A stretch of 62,561 nucleotides of DNA, the filler included, from Dugesia japonica (taxonomy: Eukaryota): NCBI GenBank assembly GCA_001938525.1. It is 5 parts of 5 records of this genome, joined end to end, with 100 filler letters (N's around TTAATTAATTAA, not from the genome) between each part and the next. Parts side by side here need not be neighbours in the genome. Positions count along the whole stretch, not along the records: positions 13,630 to 22,398 come from MQRL01606600.1; positions 22,499 to 37,330 come from MQRL01611074.1; 3 more parts are not named here. One strand, given 5' to 3'. Positions 13,586 to 26,594 of the stretch are shown here, one piece after another. The first letter of the stretch is position 1, and every line of letters begins with the position of its first letter. Below the pieces are notes generated by a model that worked only from the letters and a program-made list of their open reading frames with translations, did not search any database and was not told the origin of the DNA. The translations under genes were made by a program, and so were the position numbers.

Positions 13586-13923
13586 NNNNNNNNNNNNNNN
13601 NNNNNNNNNNNNNNNNNNNNNNNNNNNNNTGATAAACATTAAAATACTTGATAATTTTGACGATATTATTTATTACGATATCTATAAATAGGGATATGGA
13701 TATTTTATATTTAACAAAGGAGTTAATCAAGAAATAAAATAATTTCTGTTCTTTTAACAAATGAAGAAATTTCTGATGAATTTGAATTTATTACTTATCA
13801 GACATAAAAAATCTGATTTATGAGTTAAAAATTGCCTGACATAATTATTGACAAACCAAAATATTGAAATATCATATTGCATAATATGTGAACATTATTT
13901 ATATTAATCATTTATATTTTTAG

Positions 13924-15027
13924 GCCAAGAAAGAAGAAGTAGTTCATTTAAAAACTCTAACAAATATATTGAATGAACCAAAGTCTTCAGAATACAGTTG
14001 CCCTCAGTGTAACAAGGGCTATACATTTAAAAAAGCTCTTGTGAATCATTTATATATATGTGATCCAAAATATCAAGAACCGCTTCATTATATTCCTTGT
14101 AACTGTCCAATCCAGAATATTCATTCACTTTGTTCTCTTGATCAACATATTAGTAGTGTCCATGCTGACCAATATCACTATATATGTGGCATTTGTTTCG
14201 TAGAATTGTCTAAATCTGCTGAGTTATTTGAACATTTGTTTTTAAAACATGATTACTTATGGGACACATATAATGAATCTCCAATGGTTAAATTAAAAGA
14301 TGAAAATATTAATTTAAGTAACATGGGAGAAGATACAAATAAAGCTTCAGATTTCACAAGTAAGTATTCTGATGCTGGTGAATCTAGTAATAGTATTTTG
14401 GAAAATTGTCGTTTCGATTCTGAAAACGACGGAACTCCATTAAATCTTAAACCCAGTGTAAAACAAGCTTTCGTTAAATTAAACGATGAAAATATTAATT
14501 TAAGTAACATGGGAGAAGATACAAATAAAGCTTCAAGTGTCACGAGTAGATATTCTGATGCTGGTAATTCTAGTAATAGTAATTTGGAAAATTGTCGTTT
14601 CGATTCTGAAAACGACGGAACTCCATTAAATCTTAAACCCAGTGTAAAAGAAGCTTTCGTTAAATTAAAAGATGAAAATATTAATTTAAGTAACATGGGA
14701 GAAGATACAAATAAAGCTTCAAGTGTCACGAGTAGNTATTCTGATGCTGGTGATTCTAGTAAAAGTAATTTGGAAAATTGTCGTTTACATTCTGAAAACG
14801 ACGGAACTCCATTAAATATTAAGCCCGGTGTAAAACGAGCTTTTAAAGAAATTTCCCAAACAAAAACAAGTTCCTTTAAAAAGCCTAAGTTTGAAATGAC
14901 GAATTGTACTTCATCGAATTCTATCCCCATCGATCTCAACATGATTGTCATTTGTCCGGTTTGTGAAGGTCGGTATTTATCTGAAAAGGTTCTCAAAAGT
15001 CACATGGAGCGATATCATTCTCAATAG
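13924..15027 (+). CDS. C2H2 zinc-finger protein, terminal exon, with three 62-aa tandem repeats
   Basis: Acceptor tttttag|GCC in frame. Fingers CPQC..HLYIC, CNC..HISSVH, CGIC..HLFLKH and C-terminal CPVC..HMERYH. 5' exon not identified. Confidence 0.88.
   Translation, partial: AKKEEVVHLKTLTNILNEPKSSEYSCPQCNKGYTFKKALVNHLYICDPKYQEPLHYIPCNCPIQNIHSLCSLDQHISSVHADQYHYICGICFVELSKSAELFEHLFLKHDYLWDTYNESPMVKLKDENINLSNMGEDTNKASDFTSKYSDAGESSNSILENCRFDSENDGTPLNLKPSVKQAFVKLNDENINLSNMGEDTNKASSVTSRYSDAGNSSNSNLENCRFDSENDGTPLNLKPSVKEAFVKLKDENINLSNMGEDTNKASSVTSXYSDAGDSSKSNLENCRLHSENDGTPLNIKPGVKRAFKEISQTKTSSFKKPKFEMTNCTSSNSIPIDLNMIVICPVCEGRYLSEKVLKSHMERYHSQ
14287..14844 (+). repeat. 186-bp coding tandem repeat x3
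   Basis: GTTAAATTAAA(A/C)GATGAAAAT starts at 14287, 14473 and 14659. Confidence 0.95.
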
Positions 15028-15617
15028 ATCCATGGAAAAATTTTGAAATTGTATATTATTAGATATTTATTATTTTCAAATAGAAATACTAATTTGTTTT
15101 AGTTCTTTGTTACAAATTTAAATCACGTATTTTAGCTTTTGAAACTATCGTTTTATTGAAATTTTTTTGTTTTTATTCCTAATCAAATGTTATATCAATG
15201 TACCGCTTTTTTATTTATAAGTATCATTTTCCCTTCCATTACTGCACGAAGAAATATTATTACACTGTTTTACATTTTCATTTTATTACTAAATAATTCT
15301 ACAATCATTCCTCCATCACGTTACAAGGGAATATGAAAAAATAAAATATTTATTCCTAAACTGACAGTTTATATTATTGGTAAGAGGAATGTTTAGTTGA
15401 TGATGAAAGGGGTCCGCAGTGTGGGTGTGTGTATGAATTTTTAAAAATCATGGTATGGGAGTTATAGACGAATGTTCGGACAGTCTTAATATTTTTTCAA
15501 GTTATTTTAAAATGAATATTACACACAAGTAGTTTTCGTTATATCCACATTTATATTTGTGCGTTGTGTGTTACCGTAAAATTGATGAAAAAGAGAAAAA
15601 CAGAAAAGATAGCCTGC

Positions 15618-16619
15618 TTTACCCATGAGTTGAGTAACAAATGATTTATGAGTAAAACATGGGTTAATCCCCTTATTTATATATATTGAATAGGTGGATA
15701 AAATATAAACACATATATGTATAACTATTTTATATCATATTTATAAGAAAAATACTAAACGCGAAAAAAATTTAGATCATTACAAGTTGCGAATAAATCT
15801 AATTAAGGGTCAAAGTAAAATAAAGAAGTCATAAATCAAGAGATTTAAATCGGTATTAATTATAACAAAATCACAAATCGTTCTATAATGACAAGAAGTC
15901 ATTCTAATGGATTATTTTGTGATTAACTATTATAAACGGAATTGGAGCGTTTAAATTTTAAAGAAATAATAAAATAATGTATCCAAACACTTTGGTGAAG
16001 GTTATAGACAAATGTCATTACCAATTTGAGTTATTATAAAGTCTCAAAGGTTTAAACCCGTACCTGACTGTAGGACTGAAAGTTAAGGAGTTAGTGTTCG
16101 ACCAATGAGAGATCAGTGTGACCAACTCATTGCTATTGGATATTAAAACTTGTAAATTTTAATTCTTGATGACATTTTATTTGATAAATATTTTTATTGG
16201 TTATTATGTAAAGAGCATATTGTGTATGTGTGTAATACTATTTAAACAATTGTAAATTATCATAAAATATGGTTAGAGTGCTGATACACCATAATCCTGT
16301 GAGATAAAATAAAGTTTTTGTCAAATTAATTAGTTTAGGTTGTTTGCATTATTATGCGATTTAGGAGATTATAAACCTCAGACAGAACTTTACCTGAGAG
16401 TCAACAGATTTGTTTAAAAGTTAGAAATAATTTGATAAATAAACGAGCCTAAGAGTTGGAAATCCTAACAATATAAATTACTCATAACTAGCTATTTTTA
16501 TACCCCACATCCATATATGTATGTTGTTTTTATTTTACCCACCTACTCACTGTATATAAATAGGGGGTATTAACTCGTATGTTACTCATAATTCATTTGT
16601 TACTCAACTCATGAGTAAA
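15618..16619. mobile_element. ~1-kb element with ~100-bp terminal inverted repeats (non-autonomous DNA transposon/MITE)
   Basis: TTTACCCATGAGTTGAGTAACAAATGATTTATGAGTAA... at 15618 is the reverse complement of ...TTACTCATAATTCATTTGTTACTCAACTCATGAGTAAA ending at 16619. No TSD seen. Confidence 0.7.
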
Positions 16620-17059
16620 TTTAAATTTTATCAAAATTTCATTGGTTTATTTTTTTAAAATTTAATGATTTTAATTTTTTATTTTTAAATCAANNNNNNN
16701 NNNNNNNNNNNNNNNNNNNNNNNNNNNNNNNNNNNNNNNNNNNNNNNNNNNNNNNNNNNNNNNNNNNNNNNNNNNNNNNNNNNNNNNNNNNNNNNNNNNN
16801 NNNNNNNNNNNNNNNNNNNNNNNNNNNNNNNNNNNNNNNNNNNNNNNNNNNNNNNNNNNNNNNNNNNNNNNNNNNNNNNNNNNNNNNNNNNNNNNNNNNN
16901 NNNNNNNNNNNNNNNNNNNNNNNNNNNNNNNNNNNNNNNNNNNNNNTTTATTTAAATTTTTCATCAATAATTTAATTTCTCTTTTAGACAGAAAATTTTA
17001 AAAAAATAAGATCACCAATCGCACAAAAATTTCAACTTGCTTTTCAAAACTGCTCACAA

Positions 17060-17200
17060 CAATTATTGTGAGAACAATTGTTGGACAGTTAACCATTGAT
17101 CGCATTTGAGATTTCATTAAAATAAAGAATAAGCTTCGATCAAAATAAAATGTATTTGTAAAGAAATTCAAATTTTCGACAATAGTCTTCTTCCGGAACA
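17060..17200 (+). repeat. dispersed repeat family (AGCTTCGATCAAAA core)
   Basis: Related copies at ~13215-13255 (-), 47825-47905, 58900-59060 and 61675-61885. Confidence 0.8.
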
Positions 17201-17609
17201 TGACGAATTTTTGATAAATTCAACGAAAAAGATCTTTGTTACTCAATTCTTAAGATTTTATCGAAATTTTATTGGTTTATTTTAATTATGAATTTTAATT
17301 TTTATTTTTAAATTAAGTCTCAAAATTTTTAAATTAAATAGTAAAGTTTTTAAATATTTAATTTTTAGTTGTGTTTTGATATAATTTTCATATATTAGAG
17401 ATTTTTTAAAGTTTTTTTTTCTCATAAATTTTTATATATTAGTGATTTTTAAAAATTTATTCAATGATAATTTTTATATTTTAGGAATTTTGAAATTATT
17501 TTACAATTATTATATTATAATTAAAATTTTTAAATTTTTTTGTATTTTATTTTGTAAATTTTGAAAATTTATTTTGTGTTTTTTTAATTATTTACTATAT
17601 ATATACAAA

Positions 17610-17742
17610 GTGTTAGTTAAACATGGAGCAAAAATTTATGGTTAGATGTAAAATTAAAAAGTAAGATAGGAATGTCTCATGAACTTGTATCCTAAAATGC
17701 TTCCTTCCAGTTGAAAAATGGGAACAAAAGAATTTAGTATTT
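17610..17742 (+). repeat. dispersed repeat family (GTATCCTAAAATGCTTCCTT core)
   Basis: Near-identical inverted copy at ~60650-60778; more diverged copies at 39145-39250 (+) and 40132-40230 (-). Confidence 0.85.
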
Positions 17743-20700
17743 CTACGACTTATATGTATTTTTAAAATTTTTTCCATTGGTTTACATTGAAATTTGAAAA
17801 TTTTCCTTTGTTTAGTGTTTTATTTATGTTATATTAAAAAGGCAATATTTTTAAAAAAATTTTAAAATCAATTAAAAAATTATTTTTATATTAAAATTAA
17901 TTTTTAAAAAAATAACATTTAAAAATTTCTTTTAAATTCGTATTAAAAATTTTTTTTATTTTTTTAATATTTTTTAGTTTTTTTTATAAAAATTTATTTA
18001 TTTTAAACATATTATTTATTGATATTGATATAAACTTTTTTTTGTTCAGTGAAAATTTTCATTTAAAATTTAAAAACAAATATTCTTTATTTTAAATTTT
18101 TTTTGTGAAATAAAGATTTTTTAAAAAAAATAATGACCAATCACACAAAAATTTCAACTCGCTTTTCAAAACACACTCACAATCTCATGAAAAGCTTTAC
18201 CAAAACTTTTACAAGTGTTGTGTTATTACTTCCACATAGCTTTCCCAAGCTTCTAGCTTTCTTTGAGTAATTATCGATAAACCGTCTATAGTAAGTTCTT
18301 CACACGTTTTGATCTTCAATTTTTGTTGGATCAGTTCCAACTCCATTCTTGTCTTTTACATGTCCTAAACTTTTAACTTATGCTCGCAAAAAATGACATT
18401 TTTCCGAATTAATTCTCAATTCTGATTTTTGGATTCTATTAAATGTATACCATCATTCCTCTCAATCTTCATAAACCTTTTGTCATGAATTCTCGAAACC
18501 TTGTTATCTATTGGTTCCGTACTGGAACTACCGAGAACTTGCAAACAAATTCGGTTCCACTCACGGCACCATCGAAAGCCACTTGCATGAAATTGGAAAA
18601 GTAAATTGAAGCAGAAATTGGGCCTCCACTAACTAGGCAACCACAAAATGATGCGAGTCTCCAATGGTTCTTCCTTGATTCTTGATTCGATAAAAAATAG
18701 ATGTCACAATAATACTACAAAAAACGNNNNNNNNNNNNNNNNNNNNNNNNNNNNTAACCAATTCTAAAGCTAGAAATTCATGGAAAGAAGATTACGCTTT
18801 GTGTATGGAGCAATATTAGGTAACCAAGAAAGTTCATTTGGTTCATTTCTCGAGAGACAAAGAAAATTAGCAAAAATCAAAATTATTTTAAAAAATAATT
18901 GTTTATTAAAATTGAGAAAAGTATTTTTGTTTTTCATTCTCTCACTGCACACCGGGACACCTAAAATTACGTATTTAGTAGGTTACTGATGAACAATTTG
19001 AAACCAGCTCTCGAGAACCAAAGCCATCTACATCTTCTATTTAAATGATACCAAAACAAGTCCCCCTGGCAGATAATACACGGATATGCCCAAAATATGT
19101 TCACCTGTAATGTGTTAAAGCTAAACAGTAATCTATAAGGTCAGTGACCTATATATGGTTGTTATGACAACGCATACCCCCATTTACTCGAGAAACATTA
19201 AAATTAAATTTTATTTAACATTTATACAAAATAAAAAAAATTATGAAAATAAAGATGTACAAAGAACCCCTTGATTTCATTGACATAACTAATGGATAGC
19301 TCCCTTTTAAGCAATACGTTAAGTAACTAAAATTCAAAATATGTAAATAAAAATAATTATTCCCAATAATTATTAGGAACCACCAAATATTTTTCAAGAG
19401 AAAAAATAATTACAGTAATTATGCAATGTTATGTAAAATAATGCAAAAATAAAATAATTAAAATAATTAATTGATCAAATAATATTAAAAATTTAAAATT
19501 ACAAAAAATAAATTCTTACATAAACAAAAACCTTGTTTAAAATATTCCTCACATTTAGAATGTTGCTTAGTAGAATTGTGAAATTCTCTTTTTCAAAAAT
19601 TCTTCATAAGATAAATATTATTTGAAAGCCTCTTTTCCAACAAAAATTTTAGTATTGTAGTCTATTTTATAGATCATCTTTGTGAAGAAACCAAGGATAT
19701 TTAATAAATATATTTTGTCAATATTCACCAATCCAATGTGCAGATTTTATTTGTAATTCAACATTCAATTCATCTAATTCCAAATGAAATTTTTCATTTC
19801 GATTTCCTTCCTCTTGTTAAATTCATTGTTTTATTTAAATTATTTATTTAAAAAATTTAATATTTGGAAAAGTCAGAGAATTAAATTGTTCATCATGATT
19901 GGAAACCGAATCTTGAAAAATCGCGTCCGTTTTTAATTATCCTTTTGATCAGAATTAGAAATTTCATCTGATATACTTTGGTTAAAATGTTTATCAATCC
20001 AACAAACTAAAGATTTATTAATAATAGATGCCATTTAAAAATATATTCAATGCAAATTAAAAACTTAGAAAAACTCATGTTTAATATATTATTCAAACAA
20101 ATATTCATAAAGTTAAAATAAAATGTAATAAAATTTGTTTTCTTTAATTGGGTATTAATATTAGCTATTTCTACTCAAAATTTAAATAAATTGCAAATAG
20201 TATTTATTAAATATTTTACTGTTTTACATAATGTATTTTTTATGAATTTTCAAATAGTTATAAGCCAATAAAATATTATTTTTCGAAAATTCTTAATTTT
20301 TTTACAAGAAAAAAGTAAGGTATATTATTACCATTCTCATTATTGAACAAAATTTGACGGAGGAGAGTCCACTGACATATTTTGGCGTAGTTCCGTTCAA
20401 CGATAAACTCCTGCAACAACTTATGGCAGTGACGAATGTTGTTGGGAAGGAGAACTCCAGGCCCTAAAATGTTGTGGAAAGCTATAGACATACACACATA
20501 TACATAAACAAGCATAGCAAACAAAATACTCATAATACATCTAGAAATATTAAACAACAATCAAAAAATAATTCATTAACCAATTCAAATCAACTCAAAC
20601 TTCAATAAGATCAAGATCGATTAAGATTATTCATCTTACTCTACAATAATTTGACTATTTATTTGATTCTGATCCTACAATAATTTGACAATTTATTTTA

Positions 20701-21394
20701 TGTAAGTTAGATGAGTTTTCAGAACTCAGATTATCAACATCAAAATTCNACTCCATAAAATTTATTTTAAAATAAAACTATACACATAAATCTGTTTTCA
20801 AAACCAATTAAATAATTCATATTTAAAAACAGAAAATATTTAATTCTTAAATTGTATTAATATCTAATTTTAAAACACTAAAATAAGTATATTCCATTCA
20901 ATTAAATTATATTTTATTTTATTTTATATTTTATTTTGATTTTTTAAATATATTAATATTTAATTTCAAAACACTAAAATAAGCATATTTTATTCATTTA
21001 ATTTTTATTTTATTTAAAAATCTTTTACTTTTAGTAATTTTTTTTATAAATTATTGTTCTGCTACAAATTTAAATATATTTTTGATTTTAATAGATTACT
21101 TTTTAAAAATACCAAAAAATTAAAATCTGTTTTTAAAAAAAACTACCTTATAATGTATATAATCTGACAATTTATTTTGAACTTTATTTTTCGTCTGACA
21201 GTTCATTGTATACTGTATATAAACTTAGATTTCATTTTAATTGTTTATAATAATTCTGATGAATTATTCGATTTGGATCCAATTTATTGATTTGGAGAGA
21301 ATATGGATATTAGCGCACGGGCCATATATTTTGCATGATATAATTTGCAAATATAATTAAAAAATCGAAACTGAAACACAACCCAAGAATTATA

Positions 21395-21466
21395 TTTAAA
21401 ACGCAAGCACCTTTAGGTATCCAATCACAGAAACCAAGACAAAATGTTTGTGGTCCCAAATGCATT
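21395..21466. repeat. dispersed repeat fragment
   Basis: Reverse complement of 50308-50379 (AATGCATTTGGGACCACAAA...AAAGGTGCTTGCGTTTTAAA). Confidence 0.8.
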
Positions 21467-22653
21467 TGTGATGGTAGAAATTTTGAGGTTCTACCCTTTT
21501 TAATTTGATGATTTATGTGATTAAATCTAGGGGGTCGATCTTTATATAAAATCAAGTCTAGGGTCATTGATCTGGTAANNNNNNNNNNNNNNNNNNNNNN
21601 NNNNNNNNNNNNNNNNNNNNNNNNNNNNNNNNNNNNNNNNNNNNNNNNNNNNNNNNNNNNNNNNNNNNNNNNNNNNNNNNNNNNNNNNNNNNNNNNNNNN
21701 NNNNNNNNNNNNNNNNNNNNNNNNNNNNNNNNNNNNNNNNTTCCGTTACTCTATAATTAATTAAAATCCTAATAACTATTTAACAATTGGAAAAACAAAA
21801 GAATTTGTAAGTGAGAAATATATTATGATTTAAATTTCACTTGTGATACCATAATTTAACAATTAACATAATTAACACAACTAACGTGAATAGCATTTAT
21901 GTTCAATAGTGACTTCTGCGGTCCTCCATAATGATTATTCATAATAATCCAGTCGGAAATCGCCGCATCATTTATTCCATTTGTATCAATACTTACTCTT
22001 TGGGCCAGTTCGTTTTAGTTTTCCGTATTAAATTGTAATAATTCCGTATTAAAATTTGCTGATTTTGGTGAAAATCACATCGGTATTTATACCAGTTTTT
22101 TCTACGCCCCCGTTTATTTTATTGACGAAAATAAATTCTCGACGTTTTTATTGGCCATATGGTCACATGCTTTCTTCTTATTGTGGTTATTTTTGGATTT
22201 CGAAATTATTGGCCAACCTTCAAACCCTCATAACTTTTCCCCCTTTTTTGCCATGATTTTCCAACTTTAATTTTCGAATTCAGCGATTTTTTCTCGATCA
22301 GAAGTTTTTAAATTGATGATATTCGCACCACTAGAAGTCCTAATTTTCTTAGTTTTTGTAAAAAATTTAATTTTCTTTTTAAAATAAATCAATTTAATNN
22401 NNNNNNNNNNNNNNNNNNNNNNNNNNNNNNNNNNNNNNNNNNTTAATTAATTAANNNNNNNNNNNNNNNNNNNNNNNNNNNNNNNNNNNNNNNNNNNNCT
22501 GTCTATTTAATTTACCTCACAATGTTGATTGGTCAAATCATAATTGCATATATCTTTATTCCTCCTTTTTAGATTTTCATATTAATAAATATTATGGTTA
22601 TGAAACAGACGTATAACAAATACAAATATCACAATTCAACATAACAAACTCAC

Positions 22654-24691
22654 CTCCTCACAATTTCAATGATAAATTCATCATCAAATTTGTCTTCATC
22701 ATTTGGTTTGTGTTCTCCTCCTGGATTGATGCAATGCAAATATTCCATATCAATACTGAAAACTTTTGCAATTGATTGTTTTGCTGCGATTATTGTTTCT
22801 GGTTTGAATGAAATAAAAAAAATTAAATCTTTCCAGTTTCTTCTTATTTTGATTGGATATTTATTGATTACACTAAATATAACAATTAATCATAAATCTA
22901 TCCAATCAAAATCACTGTTCATCAATCCATTTATTCATCTCAGAATCACTGCAAGATCTCAATAAATATTGATTCATCCATCTAAATGAAAATATTCATC
23001 ATTGGAATATCTCATAATTGCAGCTCACAATCTCAGCCAATATCGCCAATCATTGCGAGAATCATTCAAATATTTCACAAAATAATCCAAACTATCGATT
23101 CTATCAAACAATATCAAATAAATTTATCAATAAATCATTTTATTTTACATGATGTCGCTCACTGATTTAATTGGTTCTATTTTTTTATTTTGTCTGAGAT
23201 TGAAAAGCTTCCATAAAGCTTCTAGAGCTCGCCTGAATCAATCAATATAAAAATAATTTATCAATAAATCATTTCATTTTACACGATGTCGTCCATTGAT
23301 TTATTTATTAATTTTTGTCTGAGATTGCAATATTTCCACAATGAAATTTGTCTGAATCAAATAAATCAATATAAAAAATTTGATTGATATATTCAATAAT
23401 CAATATGAAATGAGGGAGGCCAATCATGACACCAAATATCATTTGATAAATAATATATTGATTCCAATGACCATTATGATTTCTCATATCACCATATTTG
23501 AATGTGATCAATATTGATCTGGGTTGATCACAAATATTAATATTCCAATGATTTGTGCCATCATAATGCCATCCATCATTCATTCAATCAAACTTACATA
23601 GCAAATAGGAAATATTGATCAAATATCCTCACAAAACTAAATGATCAATCAATAACAAATCAATTGTGTCACACACAAATATCAATCTCACTCATTCCCA
23701 TATTGATACCTCAAAGATCTCAAATAATCATTACAAATATCAAAAATGCGATCTGTCATATCGATGCAAAATAGATTTGTCGAATTGATAAATGATGAGG
23801 ACAAATCTGACAAATTTAGATTCAATCTGTCATCAATTATATCATTTGATGAGATAAATAGTCTGCAATAAATTATTATTGATTAATTGTGAAATATTTC
23901 CATCAATCAATCACTTGATTTCATCAATAAGATTTATCAATATTGTTCTTGTTGATTCATTTTTATTATCATCACGAATCTGATCCCAACTATATTTGTA
24001 AAAAACAATCAATAATCACGATATAATCAATGCTAACAACAAATATTGATCCACTCTCCATCTGTCATGCAAATAGCAGCATTCATCAAATGTATTATTT
24101 CTCTCATTTCCTTTTCCATCATCACATCTAATCAAAAATTCAATTAATCAATTAATCCATATTCAAATCCACCTAATAATCAATTTGTAATTCTCATTTG
24201 CGTCAATCTTGGTGACAATTTGATCATTTTTCATTTGTTTGCCATCTGCATTCCAAATATTGATTATTTCAGAATGAATCCTTTCTATTATTGATCTGAT
24301 TGTTGAAATGGTATCATTCATTTTCACAATTAAGTATTCACCACCAAAATTGTGTTCATAATATAACACATCCACAATGACATCATCTTTTCTATAAATA
24401 AAGTCAATCACAAATATTCCATTTACATCAATTAATTTACTTTCTCAAATAATTATCAATTTTACCAAACCAAATTTCATCATTTTCACATATTTTGTAA
24501 TTTTTTATCAAAACATTATTAAATAAAATAATATTTTTATGAATTAATCTGAAATAATATTTTGTAAATTTTCCATTTCTATGAAGAATCTCATCTAATT
24601 TATATTTTATATCTTCCACCATCAAAGATTCATTGATATGAATATCTATTTTTTCATTATTATTTTCTCCATTTATAATAAATAATTTCAT
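22654..24691 (-). CDS. multi-exon gene (possibly disrupted) with two to three ubiquitin-like domains
   Basis: Exon 1 MKLFI..KIDIHINESLMVEDIKYKL..FRLIHKNIIL..IKNYKICENDEIW fits the Ubl pattern. A 49-nt GT-AG intron (24392-24440) joins in frame to ..IVKMNDTISTIRSIIE..DGKQMKNDQIV. More short GT-AG introns with open exons follow. Exon 22654-22872 reads IKIRRNWKDLIFFISFKPETIIAAKQSIAKVFSIDMEYLHCINPGG and ends at gtgagt. Confidence 0.65.
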
Positions 24692-26076
24692 TAATCAATA
24701 ATAAATAATCTTAAAGAAACAATCACAATCAAATTTTCATTTTTAATAAAATATTAATTTAATTAATTTGAATAATTGAATTATGAAAAATTCATTTCCA
24801 ACAGATTTCATACAACTGATAACAACAATTATTAAAATATGAAATATCTAGATTTATACAATTTCTTATAAAATTATTTAATTATACTCAATATTAAAAA
24901 TTCTTTGCTATTATCAAAATTCTTTTAAAATTTATTGATAAAATTGATTCATTATAANNNNNNNNNNNNNNNNNNNNNNNNNNNNNNNNNNNNNNNNNNN
25001 NNNNNNNNNNNNNNNNNNNNNNNNNNNNNNNNNNNNNNNNNNNNNNNNNNNNNNNNNNNNNNNNNNNNNNNNNNNNNNNNNNNNNNNNNNNNNNNNNNNN
25101 NNNNNNNNNNNTAATTTCCTGATTTTAAATAAATTTTTGATTGTTATTGCTATAATTTAACATTTTGAAGATTGGAATATTTTTAATCAATTTGAAATTT
25201 TTTAATTTCAATCAAAATAAATTACAAAATAGAGAAAGGATAAAAGAATATAGAATGTAACTGCCATTTATTATGATTATTAAATGGAGGTGTATACATT
25301 TAAATAAAAATGAACCATTTTTTAGTTACACATTCGTATTTACTCTATTTTTTAGTAATTCTTTATTACATTTCTTGCATTTTACTGTTTTATTTCTAGA
25401 GTTGGAAACCCTTTAGTACAAATATATTAATGTTGAAAACCAATTAAGTAGTTTTGACAATTATTGTTTCCTTATAAAAATATTGAAATAATAGGTAGAT
25501 AGTGGCGCACTGGATCACTTCCACCCGTTTGTAAAAGTTACTACGTAAGTGATTTAGAACTTTTCAGGCTTTTTAAGTGAGACATACAACTATGTGCATT
25601 ACATAATTGGATTAATTTCGTCGGCGACATTAAAGCATAAGTGATTCAGAAAATCACAATGTAAAAAGGCGACGAGCAAAATTTATTTGCGATTAGATAA
25701 CTTTTGCTCTAATTTTTTCTATTTTACCGAATTATTTTCAAATTTTTACCTTTTCAAGTGACAATATTTTTCAAGATTTTTCTAGGCTTTCAGTATTTCA
25801 GTGTTTAATACTTGTACAATAGTTCAACTTTCTGATTTCTTAAACCTTTCAAAAAATCTTGAATCATTATTTTCTCTTTATTTTTATTGATACTCATGGT
25901 TTAATGAATTCGACGTTCACATACTCAATTGATATTTTTTGGTTATCAAAATCAGGCTAAGACTTGACTTCTTTAACTAAATCCCTTCAAAAAATATTTG
26001 AAAAAATTTTACATTTGACTTCTTCAATTAAGTATCGAATTAATTGTTGAAATATTGCTGTTGGGATGAAACACAC

Positions 26077-26444
26077 CACTAAAGAGAAGGCAAAGCCACC
26101 ACAAATTATAAAATGTTAAAAGAAATAAAAGAATCAAAGATTCAGATGAAAAATACACCAAAGATGGTTAAAAGAAAAAGAAGAATAAAACCTGGTTTGG
26201 AATCAATTAGTGGATGCATAAAAATACGAAAAACCAGTGAAAATAAAACCGGATAATCAAAATCAACATCCATCCATTTAAATCAATTAGAAGAAATTAT
26301 AAATTAATATAATTAGAAGAAAAGAAAATATCTAATAAAACATTTAATTATGAGAAAAATATTAATTAATTAAGTGTTAAAATAAATGAAAATTAAATCC
26401 AAATCCGTTTTTTCTAAATATCTTTGCTGTAAAAAATCCGAGGA
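26077..26444 (+). repeat. ~365-bp direct repeat of 26890-27258
   Basis: Near-identical, about 8 substitutions by eye; the copies diverge after AAAAAATCCGAGGA. Confidence 0.95.
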
Positions 26445-26469
26445 AGTAGTAGGAAAGGAGGACACGAGG

Positions 26470-26594
26470 ACAAAGTAGGTCAAAGGGGGACATATCCCCC
26501 GTTGCCATGGCAACCGTCCTTAGCAACGGAAACTAGGTCAGGGTCGTTTTCATAGCAACCAAAAAGTAGGTCCAGGTCATTGGTTACTATAAAT
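26470..26594 (+). promoter_or_regulatory. cluster of RFX X-boxes, AAA(G/C)TAGGTCA nuclear-receptor half-sites and a TATA box
   Basis: GTTGCCATGGCAAC (26501-26514, perfect palindrome), GTCCTTAGCAAC (26516-26527), GTTTTCATAGCAAC (26546-26559); AAAGTAGGTCA (26472), AAACTAGGTCA (26530), AAAGTAGGTCCAGGTCA (26563); TATAAAT (26588). Confidence 0.7.

Noticed and set aside
14253-14996. 247-aa minus-strand ORF
   Set aside because: Antisense shadow of the repetitive zinc-finger exon; no independent signal.
18986-19010. CTGATGA...GAAAC hammerhead-like boxes
   Set aside because: Only 7 nt between the boxes with no credible stem II, and no stem I or III.
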